Part shown: one piece after another, positions 12,799 through 24,625 of the stretch | Position numbering within the stretch: position 1 is the first letter of the stretch | Layout: each line of letters starts with the position of its first letter | Assembly: GCA_002269645.1 (NCBI GenBank) | Contig: NIVC01002615.1 | Coordinates: 60,033-124,032, forward strand | Direction: 5' to 3' | From: Macrostomum lignano | Lineage: Eukaryota | Length of the DNA stretch: 64,000 nt | Program-made: the position numbers and the translations under genes | Notes under the pieces: model-generated | Database searches by the model: none | Seen by the model: only the letters and a program-made list of their open reading frames with translations | What the model was told of the DNA's origin: nothing

Positions 12799-13210
12799 TA
12801 GTCTATGGCTACTAGCTGGAATAGTCTATGGCTACTAGCTGGAATAGTCTATGGCTACTAGCTGGAATAGTCTATGGCTACTAGCTGGAATAGTCTATGG
12901 CTACTAGCTGGAATAGTCTATGGCTACTAGCTGGAATAGCCTATGGCTACTAGCTGGAATAGTCTATGGCTACTAGCTGGAATAGTCTATGGCTACTAGC
13001 TGGAATAGTCTATGGCTACTAGCTGGAATAGTCTATGGCTACTAGCTGGAATAGTCTATAGCTACTAGCTGGAATAGTCTATGGCTACTAGCTGGAATAG
13101 TCTATGGCTACTAGCTGGAATAGTCTATGGCTACTAGCTGAAAGTCTATAGCTACTAGCTGGAATAGTCTATGGCTACTAGCTGGAATAGTCTATGGCTA
13201 CTACCTGGAA
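12799..13210. repeat. 23-bp tandem repeat TAGTCTATGGCTACTAGCTGGAA
   Basis: About 18 near-identical copies immediately left of the foldback element. Confidence 0.97.
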
Positions 13211-13251
13211 TGATGGACTTAATAACAAAATCCCCAATCCAGCTAAAGGGG

Positions 13252-16200
13252 ATGTCAACTTAAGCACCAGAATGGAGCCCGAAGTTCAGCTCCGGACCAA
13301 ACCGACTGCAATCGATAACTTGTCGGCCCAGACGACTAGAATCGCCGAGACATCCCATCCGGCTCCCTTCCTTGGGGTCCCAGGGGATAAAGGGGATAAA
13401 ATGGGGATCTCATGTCAACTTAAGGCTCTGGAATGGAGCCCGAAGTTCAGCTCCGGACCAAACCGACTGCAATCGATAACTTGTCGGCCCAGACGACTAG
13501 AATCGCCGAGACATCCCATCCGGCTCCCTTCCTTGGGGTCCCAGGGGATAAAGGGGATAAAATGGGGATCTCATGTCAACTTAAGGCTCTGGAATGGAGC
13601 CCGAAGTTCAGCTCCGGACCAAACCGACTGCAATCGATAACTTGTCGGCCCAGACGACTAGAATCGCCGAGACATCCCATCCGGCTCCCTTCCTTGGGGT
13701 CCCAGGGGATAAAGGGGATAAAATGGGGATCTCATGTCAACTTAAGGCTCTGGAATGGAGCCCGAAGTTCAGCTCCGGCCCAAACCGACTGCAATCGATA
13801 ACTTGTCGGCCCAGACGACTAGAATCGCCGAGACATCCCATCCGGCTCCCTTCCTTGGGGTCCCAGGGGATAAAGGGGATAAAATGGGGATCTCATGTCA
13901 ACTTAAGGCTCTGGAATGGAGCCCGAAGTTCAGCTCCGGACCAAACCGACTGCAATCGATAACTTGTCGGCCCAGACGACTAGAATCGCCGAGACATCCC
14001 ATCCGGCTCCCTTCCTTGGGGTCCCAGGGGATAAAGGGGATAAAATGGGGATCTCATGTCAACTTAAGGCTCTGGAATGGAGCCCGAAGTTCAGCTCCGG
14101 ACCAAACCGACTGCAATCGATAACTTGTCGGCCCAGACGACTAGAATCGCCGAGACATCCCATCCGGCTCCCTTCCTTGGGGTCCCAGGGGATAAAGGGG
14201 ATAAAATGGGGATCTCATGTCAACTTAAGGCTCTGGAATGGAGCCCGAAGTTCAGCTCCGGACCAAACCGACTGCAATCGATAACTTGTCGGCCCAGACG
14301 ACTAGAATCGCCGAGACATCCCATCCGGCTCCTTTTCTTGGGTCCCAGGGGATAAAGGGGATAAAATGGGGATCTCATGTCAACTTAAGGCTCTGGAATG
14401 GAGCCCGAAGTTCAGCTCCGGACCAAACCGACTGCAATCGATAACTTGTCGGCCCAGACGACTAGAATCGCCGAGACATCCCATCCGGCTCCCTTCCTTG
14501 GGGTCCCAGGGGATAAAGGGGATAAAATGGGGATCTCATGTCAACTTAAGGCTCTGGAATGGAGCCCGAAGTTCAGCTCCGGACCAAACCGACTGCAATC
14601 GATAACTTGTCGGCCCAGACGACTAGAATCGCCGAGACATCCCATCCGGCTCCCTTCCTTGGGGTCCCAGGGGATAAAGGGGATAAAATGGGGATCTCAT
14701 GTCAACTTAAGGCTCTGGAATGGAGCCCAAAGTTCAGCTCCGGACCAAACCGACTGCAATCGATAACTTGTCGGCCCAGACGACTAGAATCGCCGAGACA
14801 TCCCATCCGGCTCCCTTCCTTGGGGTCCCAGGGGATAAAGGGGATAAAATGGGGATCTCATGTCAACTTAAGGCTCTGGAATGGAGCCCGAAGTTCAGCT
14901 CCGGACCAAACCGACTGCAATCGATAACTTGTCGGCCCAGACGACTAGAATCGCCGAGACATCCCATCCGGCTCCCTTCCTTGGGGTCCCAGGGGATAAA
15001 GGGGATAAAATGGGGATCTCATGTCAACTTAAGGCTCTGGAATGGAGCCCGAAGTTCAGCTCCGGCCCAAACCGACTGCAATCGATAACTTGTCGGCCCA
15101 GACGACTAGAATCGCCGAGACATCCCATCCGGCTCCCTTCCTTGGGGTCCCAGGGGATAAAGGGGATAAAATGGGGATCTCATGTCAACTTAAGGCTCTG
15201 GAATGGAGCCCGAAGTTCAGCTCCGGACCAAACCGACTGCAATCGATAACTTGTCGGCCCAGACGACTAGAATCGCCGAGACATCCCATCCGGCTCCCTT
15301 CCTTGGGGTCCCAGGGGATAAAGGGGATAAAATGGGGATCTCATGTCAACTTAAGGCTCTGGAATGGAGCCCGAAGTTCAGCTCCGGACCAAACCGACTG
15401 CAATCGATAACTTGTCGGCCCAGACGACTAGAATCGCCGAGACATCCCATCCGGCTCCCTTCCTTGGGGTCCCAGGGGATAAAGGGGATAAAATGGGGAT
15501 CTCATGTCAACTTAAGGCTCTGGAATGGAGCCCGAAGTTCAGCTCCGGACCAAACCGACTGCAATCGATAACTTGTCGGCCCAGACGACTAGAATCGCCG
15601 AGACATCCCATCCGGCTCCTTTTCTTGGGGTCCCAGGGGATAAAGGGGATAAAATGGGGATCTCATGTCAACTTAAGGCTCTGGAATGGAGCCCGAAGTT
15701 CAGCTCCGGACCAAACCGACTGCAATCGATAACTTGTCGGCCCAGACGACTAGAATCGCCGAGACATCCCATCCGGCTCCCTTCCTTGGGGTCCCAGGGG
15801 ATAAAGGGGATAAAATGGGGATCTCATGTCAACTTAAGGCTCTGGAATGGAGCCCGAAGTTCAGCTCCGGACCAAACCGACTGCAATCGATAACTTGTCG
15901 GCCCAGACGACTAGAATCGCCGAGACATCCCATCCGGCTCCTTTTCTTGGGGTCCCAGGGGATAAAGGGGATAAAATGGGGATCTCATGTCAACTTAAGG
16001 CTCTGGAATGGAGCCCGAAGTTCAGCTCCGGACCAAACCGACTGCAATCGATAACTTGTCGGCCCAGACGACTAGAATCGCCGAGACATCCCATCCGGCT
16101 CCCTTCCTTGGGGTCCCAGGGGATAAAGGGGATAAAATGGGGATCTCATGTCAACTTAAGGCTCTGGAATGGAGCCCGAAGTTCAGCTCCGGACCAAACC

Positions 16201-16756
16201 GACTGCAATCGATAACTTGTCGGCCCAGACGACTAGAATCGCCGAGACATCCCATCCGGCTCCCTTCCTTGGGGTCCCAGGGGATAAAGGGGATAAAATG
16301 GGGATCTCATGTCAACTTAAGGCTCTGGAATGGAGCCCGAAGTTCAGCTCCGGACCAAACCGACTGCAATCGATAACTTGTCGGCCCAGACGACTAGAAT
16401 CGCCGAGACATCCCATCCGGCTCCCTTCCTTGGGGTCCCAGGGGATAAAGGGGATAAAATGGGGATCTCATGTCAACTTAAGGCTCTGGAATGGAGCCCG
16501 AAGTTCAGCTCCGGACCAAACCGACTGCAATCGATAACTTGTCGGCCCAGACGACTAGAATCGCCGAGACATCCCATCCGGCTCCCTTCCTTGGGGTCCC
16601 AGGGGATAAAGGGGATAAAATGGGGATCTCATGTCAACTTAAGGCTCTGGAATGGAGCCCGAAGTTCAGCTCCGGACCAAACCGACTGCAATCGATAACT
16701 TGTCGGCCCAGACGACTAGAATCGCAGAGACATCCCATCCGGCTCCCTTCCTTGGG
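13252..16756 (+). repeat. 161-bp satellite array (~22 copies)
   Basis: ATGGAGCCC recurs every 161 bp (13272, 13433, 13594...16652), with one 1-bp deletion near 14340. Confidence 0.99.
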
Positions 16757-17324
16757 CTGACTGAAACTCCTCTCGCTGGCCTCTAAACTGTTGCTCAGTA
16801 GGCTTTCGCTGCTGTGGTAAAGCGTTTTCTCTAGCATAAAGTCTGGCAACAAGGCTGCGTGGAAGAGCGAAATCAACAAAGCGAAGGCCGGCACCAGACC
16901 TTCGATAGCTACATATGTATCTTGGTGGTAAGCGTAGCAGCCCAGGAGTTTGAGCACTGCCATTACGCTCGTACATGACAATCGCAGCCTGCAGTCCTAC
17001 TTCCTGCTTTTGCTGACGAGTAGAAGCCAGGAAGAAGTTGCAATCCTGGATCTCTAAAACCAAAGCGATTGTCCGCTGCTGTCACACACTCTAAGAATCA
17101 CGCGGTAGGATTTTGAATTATGGCGCGAGAAAACGACAAAATCAAATCAAGAAAAATCAAGACGGATGCCACCGACCGAATCGGTTGCTCCAGTTTTCTA
17201 GCGGCGTCGCTTGCCGAAACTTCCAACACTCCCGGCGGCTTGGATGTGTAAATCAAAGTCTCTCCAGGAGTCACCTTCGTAGCTATCGAGAACCTCCTTG
17301 ACACGAATGTTTTGAATGTAATAA

Positions 17325-18059
17325 TCGTCTGGGCCGACAAGTTATCGATTGCAGTCGGTTTGGTCCGGAGCTGAACTTCGGGCTCCATTCCAGAGCCTTA
17401 AGTTGACATGAGATCCCCATTTTATCCCCTTTATCCCCTGGGACCCCAAGGAAGGGAGCCGGATGGGATGTCTCGGCGATTCTAGTCGTCTGGGCCGACA
17501 AGTTATCGATTGCAGTCGGTTTGGTCCGGAGCTGAACTTCGGGCTCCATTCCAGAGCCTTAAGTTGACATGAGATCCCCATTTTATCCCCTTTATCCCCT
17601 GGGACCCCAAGGAAGGGAGCCGGATGGGATGTCTCGGCGATTCTAGTCGTCTGGGCCGACAAGTTATCGATTGCAGTCGGTTTGGTCCGGAGCTGAACTT
17701 CGGGCTCCATTCCAGAGCCTTAAGTTGACATGAGATCCCCATTTTATCCCCTTTATCCCCTGGGACCCCAAGGAAGGGAGCCGGATGGGATGTCTCGGCG
17801 ATTCTAGTCGTCTGGGCCGACAAGTTATCGATTGCAGTCGGTTTGGTCCGGAGCTGAACTTCGGGCTCTATTCCAGAGCCTTAAGTTGACATGAGATCCC
17901 CATTTTATCCCCTTTATCCCCTGGGACCCCAAGAAAAGGAGCCGGATGGGATGTCTCGGCGATTCTAGTCGTCTGGGCCGACAAGTTATCGATTGCAGTC
18001 GGTTTGGGCCGGAGCTGAACTTCGGGCTCCATTCTGGTGCTTAAGTTGACATCCCCTTT
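17325..18059 (-). repeat. Inverted 161-bp array (~4.5 copies)
   Basis: Reverse complement of the same unit (ORF-track starts at 17388, 17549 and 17710 on the minus strand). Confidence 0.99.
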
Positions 18060-18968
18060 CTGGATAGCAGATATGAATTAGGACTCAAATTGCAAAACAA
18101 GAAACCTGAGAGCAAAAAACGGACAAAGGGCCCTATCTGAGCACCGGGGCTCTGACGTTATTAATTACAGACCTGCAATTAATTGCGCCACCAGACTTTG
18201 CCCTTCTCACCCTGTCCCGCCCTAAAATCAAGTAATAATCACTTTCCCTGAAATCTGGAACTTTGCACGCCCATCTGTTGAAGCTGGCGAGATGGAATCA
18301 GAGGCTACAGGACCCTGAATAAATCACTTAAGACATTTCTTGTACCATCTTCCACAGCACCTTCTCCTGGCTTGCCTGCCTGTCTGTCTGGCGCTTTCCC
18401 AGAAAGATTGCGCACCTACTGGCCTGCTCACCCAATGCATGAGATCAGCAAAGAGCTGGGAGACCCATTGCATCATCACAGCTCTGGACTCGTCACGGAA
18501 GGAGCTGCTCAGTCCTAAAGACATTTGGGGGAGTGGGGTTCAATCCCAATATTTAATTCGGCGTGAAAACCAAGGTTTTAATGGACTCGGGGTGCAAAAA
18601 AATGAGACTATTATTCTTCGCTCCGTGTCCGCCATCGGTCAAATATTTTCCTACTTAACATTTGCTTAAGCTATTCAGATTTCCGCTTCGAAATTGGGGG
18701 CTTTTCTGCTTCATAAAGTAGGAATAATTAGCCTCGGCTTGGTCTGAAATTGAAAGTTCATTATCAACTAATAGCCTGGGGTGTCTGCGGAGCATTCAGC
18801 TTCATGCTTCATCTTAATTCCTTACTTGACTTGCTTTCCCTTTCTATGAACTACTCTCCTTCCCCATCTTCCCCTCTCTGTCTTCCCCTCTCTGTCTTCC
18901 CCTCTCTGTCTGTCTATCTGCATCCACAGTTTTCATTACTGAATAATCGGCAATGATGAAACCCTCAC

Positions 18969-19304
18969 CTGTATGCAGCAGCAGGTGATTCTTCAAGTTG
19001 GTCTGCTTGCTAAATCCGCGGCCGCACTCGTCGCATTTGAAGGGCCACCGGCCGCTGTGCACGTACAAATGGCTGCGCAGGTCACCGGGAGTTGGGAAAC
19101 TCTTGTGACACACCTGGCACTTGTGCGGCTTCTCCTTGCTGTGCGTCATGCGGTGATAGTACAGATTGGAGCTCGCAGTGAAGCGCTTGCCGCACACTGG
19201 GCACTGGTGCGGCCGCTCACCCGAGTGGATCCGGCGGTGAGTGTTCAGCGAGGAGGACGTGCTGAAGGCTTTGTTGCACTCCTCGCAGACGTGCGGTTTT
19301 TCGC
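18969..19304 (-). CDS. C2H2 zinc-finger exon (fingers 2-5) of the PRDM-type gene
   Basis: GEKPHVCEECNKAFSTSSSLNTHRRIHSGERPHQCPVCGKRFTASSNLYYHRMTHSKEKPHKCQVCHKSFPTPGDLRSHLYVHSGRWPFKCDECGRGFSKQTNLKNHLLLHT; acceptor ctcAG at 19305, donor GTGAG at 18968. Confidence 0.95.
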
Positions 19305-19399
19305 CTGAGTGAGGGTGAGGATTCAGTTCGATCAGGGTAGATCAGAGTACGGACTGACCTTTGATTTCTGTATGTTAATGAACATTAGAGTTTTCTTAC

Positions 19400-20231
19400 C
19401 GGTGTGCGTCCGCATGTGACGCTGCAGTAGCGAAGGCCGGTCGAACTTTTTGCCGCACACTGAGCACGGCAGCAGGACCGTCTCGCGGCGCTTGCTCTGC
19501 ACTCGACGGCGCGGCTGCTGCTGCGGCTGTCCCGGCGCTTGGAGACCGGCATCTCCGGTTACTTCCCCGTCTCCGTGATCAAACTGATGCAGCAGATTCC
19601 GTCGAGCTGTACTATCGAAATCGGTGTCATCTGCATCGTTGAGCTCGTCGGGATCTTGCTCAGCATCATCATCTTCATCGGCGTCCTCATTGTCGATTCG
19701 ATCGTTGACTTCTTCAACGGTTGCATCATCGGCTTCGTCTTCAAGATGCTGCGACTGCTGATGCAGCTCTTCCACGAGCGGCGGCAGGCGACTTTGATCG
19801 GCGACTCCAGCGTGGTGGCTCTCCGTCGGGCTGGAATCCGTCGACGCCAGGTCCGACTGTCCCAGGCCCGAGTCGCGGGGCTGCTGCTGATGCTGCTGCT
19901 GTTGTTGCTGTTGCATTGCGGTCTGCTGCTGCTGCTGCTGATCGAGCTGCCTGTGAATCTTCTGCGGCGAAGGCGTCGTCACCGCAGCAGCAGCCGCCGC
20001 TGCAGCCGCCGCGGCTGTCGTGTCGCAGTAGAAGATTTTCAACGGATCGCCTGGCTGCAACTGTTGAATGGCCTCGTACGTGACCTTCTCGCGCTGCCGC
20101 ACAGCCAGTAGGTTGGCAGCCGACGGGTGCTGAACGGGCAGCGCCAGTCGAATCCAGTTGCAGTGCCAGACCAGGCGGCCGTCCGATGCGCTTCTCTCCC
20201 AGCTCTGGACGCAGCCGAAGTCTCTGAGTCT
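19400..20231 (-). CDS. PR/SET-domain remnant, acidic/poly-Q linker and zinc finger 1 (PRDM family)
   Basis: The frame extends upstream of the listed ORF to NWIRLALPVQHPSAANLLAVRQREKVTYEAIQQLQPGDPLKIFY, matching the PR motif NW.R....NL.a.q....iyY......pG.eL.v.Y. It ends CSVCGKKFDRPSLLQRHMRTHT|GTAAG (phase 1). The acceptor at 20232 is tentative and no upstream exon was found. Confidence 0.88.
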
Positions 20232-20304
20232 CTGCCAAGCGAATGAACGAGCAGAATAAATGATAGAATTGGAGAGTTTCCGAGACCGGATACAGTCAGT
20301 CCGG

Positions 20305-20318
20305 CTTTATATATATAG
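20305..20318 (-). promoter_or_regulatory. TATA-box-like element upstream of the PR exon
   Basis: CTATATATATAAAG on the minus strand, ~75 bp upstream of the putative acceptor. Confidence 0.4.
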
Positions 20319-21329
20319 AGCGGCTTGGCCGTAGGGGCAATTAAAGCTGACTGGAGAAAGCAGTTCGATATGAACAAGTGGCCAGCTACCGATTTTTCCA
20401 GCCTCAGCTTATAGTAGTCGCTCTTCGACTCGAGCGCGTCCCTCCTGGTAATGTTCGCTCACCCTTGTACTGCCAGTGCGGCCCCGCTGTTCCGTGAGTG
20501 GCTCAGCCACAGAGGGACGGGGGCTGCTGATTCTGGGAGGCCAAGAGGAGCCGGGGGCGAGCCCTCGTTGTTTGGAGAGTTTGAAAACTCGGTGCCCGCC
20601 TTGGAGCTTGTCATCTTTTCGAATTCCGCTCTCGAGTGTTGAGTCTACTTGAGCTGCCCCAGACTGCAGCAGCGGGCCTTGTTGACCAGCTCTCCATGTA
20701 TCGGGAGTTCGATCCCCATGCCTCAAGTCCCCGCCCGCTCTCCTCAAGGGGAACTGGAGGGGGTCCCGTCCCGCCCGGTCGGGGAAGGTCAATTAGGTTG
20801 ATGATTTTATGCACAGCTCATAATTGCCCCTGCATCTACTCACAACCTGGAGCCCGGCAAGTTGAGTTATGAGAACGTTACCCTCTCGAGGGCTTGTCGT
20901 TTTGAAACAACACATGGCCCCTAATATTTTGCGGGAATTCGAGTTGCATCAAAATTATGCAGCTCCAGCTGTGTGCACTGGCTTGGCTTGTAGGCCTACT
21001 TTAATTGCACCCTCGGGTCATTTCGAACTTCTCATCGCCAGGACCACCCGATCGGGGAGGCCCCGGCCACTTGAAAGTTGAGGCAGCTTTTTTCATTGGC
21101 AGTTGCGCCATGCAGCTCGTAAACTGTGATGGGAGCTCGCGAGACTTGATAAGATATGTCGAAGTGCTTAAATAGTCGTATTAGCTCGGGAAACAAACTT
21201 TTGAACAAGAGGCCAAGTGGGTTCCGGGTGATATGTATTGAACAAAATATACCTCAATGCAGATTTGAGTAAAGGTTTCCCAAAATATTTATATTGAGAT
21301 TTAGGAATCATCTGATGACATAAGTCAGA

Positions 21330-21650
21330 ATGTGGGATATTCGGGATGTGAGAGATTCAGGATGTAGGAGATTCAGGATGTAGGAGATCAGGATGTGGGA
21401 GATTCAGGATGTAGGAGATCAGGATGTGGGAGATTCAGGGTGTGGGAGATTCAGGATGTGGGAGATTCAGGATGTGGGAGATTCAGGATGTGGGAGATTC
21501 AGGATGTTAGAGATTCAGGATATGGGAGATTCCGGGTGTGGGAGATTCAGGATGTGGGAGATTCAGGATGTGGGAGATTCAGGATATGGGAGATTCCGGG
21601 TGTGGGAGATTCAGGATGTGGGAGATTCAGGATGTGGAAGATTCAGTGTG
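21330..21650. repeat. 16-bp tandem repeat GGGAGATTCAGGATGT
   Basis: About 20 copies. Confidence 0.95.
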
Positions 21651-21682
21651 TGCAAGATTAAGGTCAGGTTTTGATATAACCA

Positions 21683-21858
21683 ATGTTGGGGAGTTTGCAG
21701 TTGAGACACAATCAGTGTTGGAGAGTTTGCAGGTGAGACACAATCAGTGTTGGGGAGTTTGCAGGTGAGACACAATCAATGTTGGAGAGTTTGCAGGTGA
21801 GACACAATCAATGTTGGAGAGTTTGCAGGTGAGACACAATCAGTGTTGGGGAGTTTGA
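21683..21858. repeat. 32-bp tandem repeat TTGGAGAGTTTGCAGGTGAGACACAATCAGTG
   Basis: About 5.5 copies. Confidence 0.9.
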
Positions 21859-24119
21859 GACACATTGGTGAGTCAAGAAGTCGCCACTAAAACTTTCCTG
21901 GGTGTGAAGAGTCCAATAAATTCTGCAATAAAAAACTTTGACCAAACAACTTCAGCAGGTGTGAAGCCGTCAGACACCCCTTCAATTTAAAATTTCGTTC
22001 TGCATCAGAGCCGGCTGTGCGAAGCTGAACAGGCAATTAGCGGTCGATGCAGCGTCCTCTCTCAGACAGTCGAGGCGGCACTTCTGTCAAAAAAGTGTCC
22101 CCGCATCCATCCGATCTGATCCGCTGTCTTCTCTCTCATTTCTGCCCTTCGCGCCATCCTTGAAGCTGATGACGCCTTTCGCGCGAGACGTGTCTGACCG
22201 AGGGTGGCCCTGACACTCTCGACAGCGCGATTGCGTGATCCCCGCAGCCTCTCCGATCTGATGATGAGATCGGCGGACTGAAGGCTCGGCAGGCTGATGC
22301 CCCTCCCTCCCTAATTGTGCCGCCGCAGATTAAGCAACTTGACTTCGAAAATTCGACTCCAAGACGGAGGGGTTTTAATGGGATGAAGAAATGACCAGGG
22401 AGAATTGGGAGATTTGCTCCCCGGATCTGTGATGAAGGTGTTGAGGAAATTCTTGGCGATTGTAATGGATAGATAGAGAGACTGAGGGAGAGAGAAAGTC
22501 CTACAAGACCTTCGCTTCGATTGTGACGCAATTCCGAAAAAACCCGCGACTCCAAGAGTGTTTTTTCGGCCACTCGCCAAAGCGAGAATGGCAGATTCAC
22601 GCGGCGATAAAGACCGACGCTACAAAGACCTTCGCCTCTAATCTGGGGAAGAAACTGCGCCACGGGCACCAGACGGGGGGCTCTAATTTTATAAAATTAG
22701 GAGAAAGAAGAAATAAAAAGAAAAAAACTTGATACCAAAGGCGCCACGCTGTGAGCTCATCCCTGAAGGGCCTGGTCCGGGCCCCACGGGGTCTCACTGG
22801 TGGCGATCTCGTAAACTCCATCGACCCGACCTCCCCTCCGCGCGCTGTTGCGTCACGGGTCCAATCGGGGGTGATTCGGCTGGGGCCGATGAAGATTTAG
22901 AGCGATGAAGATGAAGATGATGACGCTGGATCGCGCACACCGACAGGGCCGTGACGAGTTGCATCACGGATCAGGGATGGGGTCAGAGGGGGAGGCGATG
23001 GGAAAGGCAAAAGTGGTGGGATCTGGACGGCCGCCTGCTGAGATTCCTCGTCGGCAGATTTGAGTCGCTCCGATTTCCCTGGCGCGTCATTATCGAAAAT
23101 TTTCGATATTAGTAAAGTTTCACTTGGCAAGAATACTGCCGAAATATGATTGACTTTTTGACTTCCGGGAGAGAGATTACCCGCAGCCCAGCTGTCGCCA
23201 TGCAGGCTATTCTGCCGCGGCAATTCTGTTTACTTTGCATTAGGGAAGCTGCACAAGAAATCTATAGAAGATAGAGAAGAAAATTTGACCGCGGGTGTTG
23301 GGCAAAATCAATTTGTCAGACTGGCTAACGCGAGATGGGGAGGCACAGGATGCGTGGCCAAGAGGGAGCAAGTTGCGCCACCTTGCAACCTGGCGAGTCC
23401 TGGGCCCGGACCAAATGGCGACCAGAAAGTCTCGTCGTGAGTAAAACAGAAACAACACACACACACACACGCGCTGACAGGATGATAGACACGACAGAAC
23501 AGAAACTGTGTTACAGAATGATTGACGGCACGTGCGCGCGGTTGTAGAGAAGAAGTTTTCAATTTTCGCCCCAAAACTCCCTTCGAAGCGCCTAAGCAAC
23601 AGAGATGAAATTAGTTAACTTTTAGCCTGTCCGGAAAGTGATCTGAGAGATTGCTATCTCCGCATAATTGCGTTTGGCTAGCGGGTTCACAGCTTATCTG
23701 TCGCTCTTTTATAGCCATTAAGCTTGGCGATTCACTGTTAACGCTCTCGAGAAGCTGAGCTATTATCAATGTTTCATGACGCGGCTTTGAGATCGAAAAA
23801 AATGTGGTGCAACTTCCGAAATCGCATCAGCTCCTGAGAGAGGTAACCCCCCCCCCCCCCTAGAGACCGCGCGAGATGCGTATTATTGTTAACTCTGCTT
23901 CATTCATAGTTGATCTCTCCGGAAGAAATTTGATGCATAAAACAACTAATGCTGTTCTCATGGGGATCGTGAGAAGCGTGAGTATGTGAGTGCTTGTGGG
24001 TCAGAAATTGATGAGAGTTTTTTGGCTATTAGTTGAAGACTCGTGAGAATTCATGAGAACACGGTAGGGAGTCATGAAAACATGGTTTAGATTCGTGAGA
24101 ACACGGTAGGGAGTTATAA

Positions 24120-24625
24120 GAATGAGAACTCAAAGGGGTCATGAGAACTCATCAAAGGGGTCACGAGAACTCAAGGAGAGTCATGAGAACTCTAAGGAGA
24201 GTCATGAGAACTCAAGGAGAGTCATGAGAACTCAAGGAGAGTCATGAGAACTCTAAGGAGAGTCATGAGAACTCAAAAGAGAGTCACGAGAACTCAAGGA
24301 GAGTCATGAGAACTCAAAGGAGAGTCATGAGAACTCTAAGGAGAGTCATGAGAACTCTAAGGAGAGTCATGAGAACTCTAAGGAGAGTCATGAGAACTCT
24401 AAGGAGAGTCATGAGAACTCAAAGGAGAGTCATGAGAACTCAAGAAGAGTCATGAGAACTCAAGGAGAGTCATGAGAACTCAAGGAGAGTCATGAGAACT
24501 CAAAGGAGAGTCATGAGAACTCAAAGGAGAGTCATGAGAACTCAAGGAGAGGCATGAGAACTCAAGGAGAGGCATGAGAACTCAAGGAGAGTCATGAGAA
24601 CTCAAGGAGAGTCATGAGAACTCTA
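24120..24625. repeat. ~20-bp tandem repeat GAGAGTCATGAGAACTCAAG
   Basis: About 24 copies of 20-21 bp. Confidence 0.95.

Larger units (their letters stand above)
13245..18059. mobile_element. Foldback-like element with arms built from tandem 161-bp units
   Basis: The left terminus AAAGGGGATGTCAACTTAAGCACCAGAATGGAGCCC is the exact reverse complement of the right terminus. Left arm 13245-16756 (~22 units), spacer 16757-17324, inverted right arm 17325-18059 (~4.5 units). No TSD found. Confidence 0.85.

Noticed and set aside
13194-17823. The many 122-aa ORFs (MEPEVQLRTKP...)
   Set aside because: They arise because the 161-bp unit is not a multiple of three and has few stops; identical overlapping ORFs appear in all frames and in the inverted arm.
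13252-18059. CRISPR array or tandem RNA-gene cluster (5S, tRNA, spliced leader, ribozyme)
   Set aside because: Units are identical with no unique spacers and no cas genes; I recognise no A/B box, 5S sequence, Sm site with leader or hammerhead core in the unit.
18324-18669. ORFs 18324-18524 and 18340-18669 as further zinc-finger exons
   Set aside because: No C2H2 pattern and no convincing splice sites.
17120-22732. Shared hexapeptide IKTDAT in short ORFs at ~17155 and ~22606 with synonymous differences
   Set aside because: The flanking residues do not align convincingly, and six residues in two short ORFs are within chance. Worth a profile search only.
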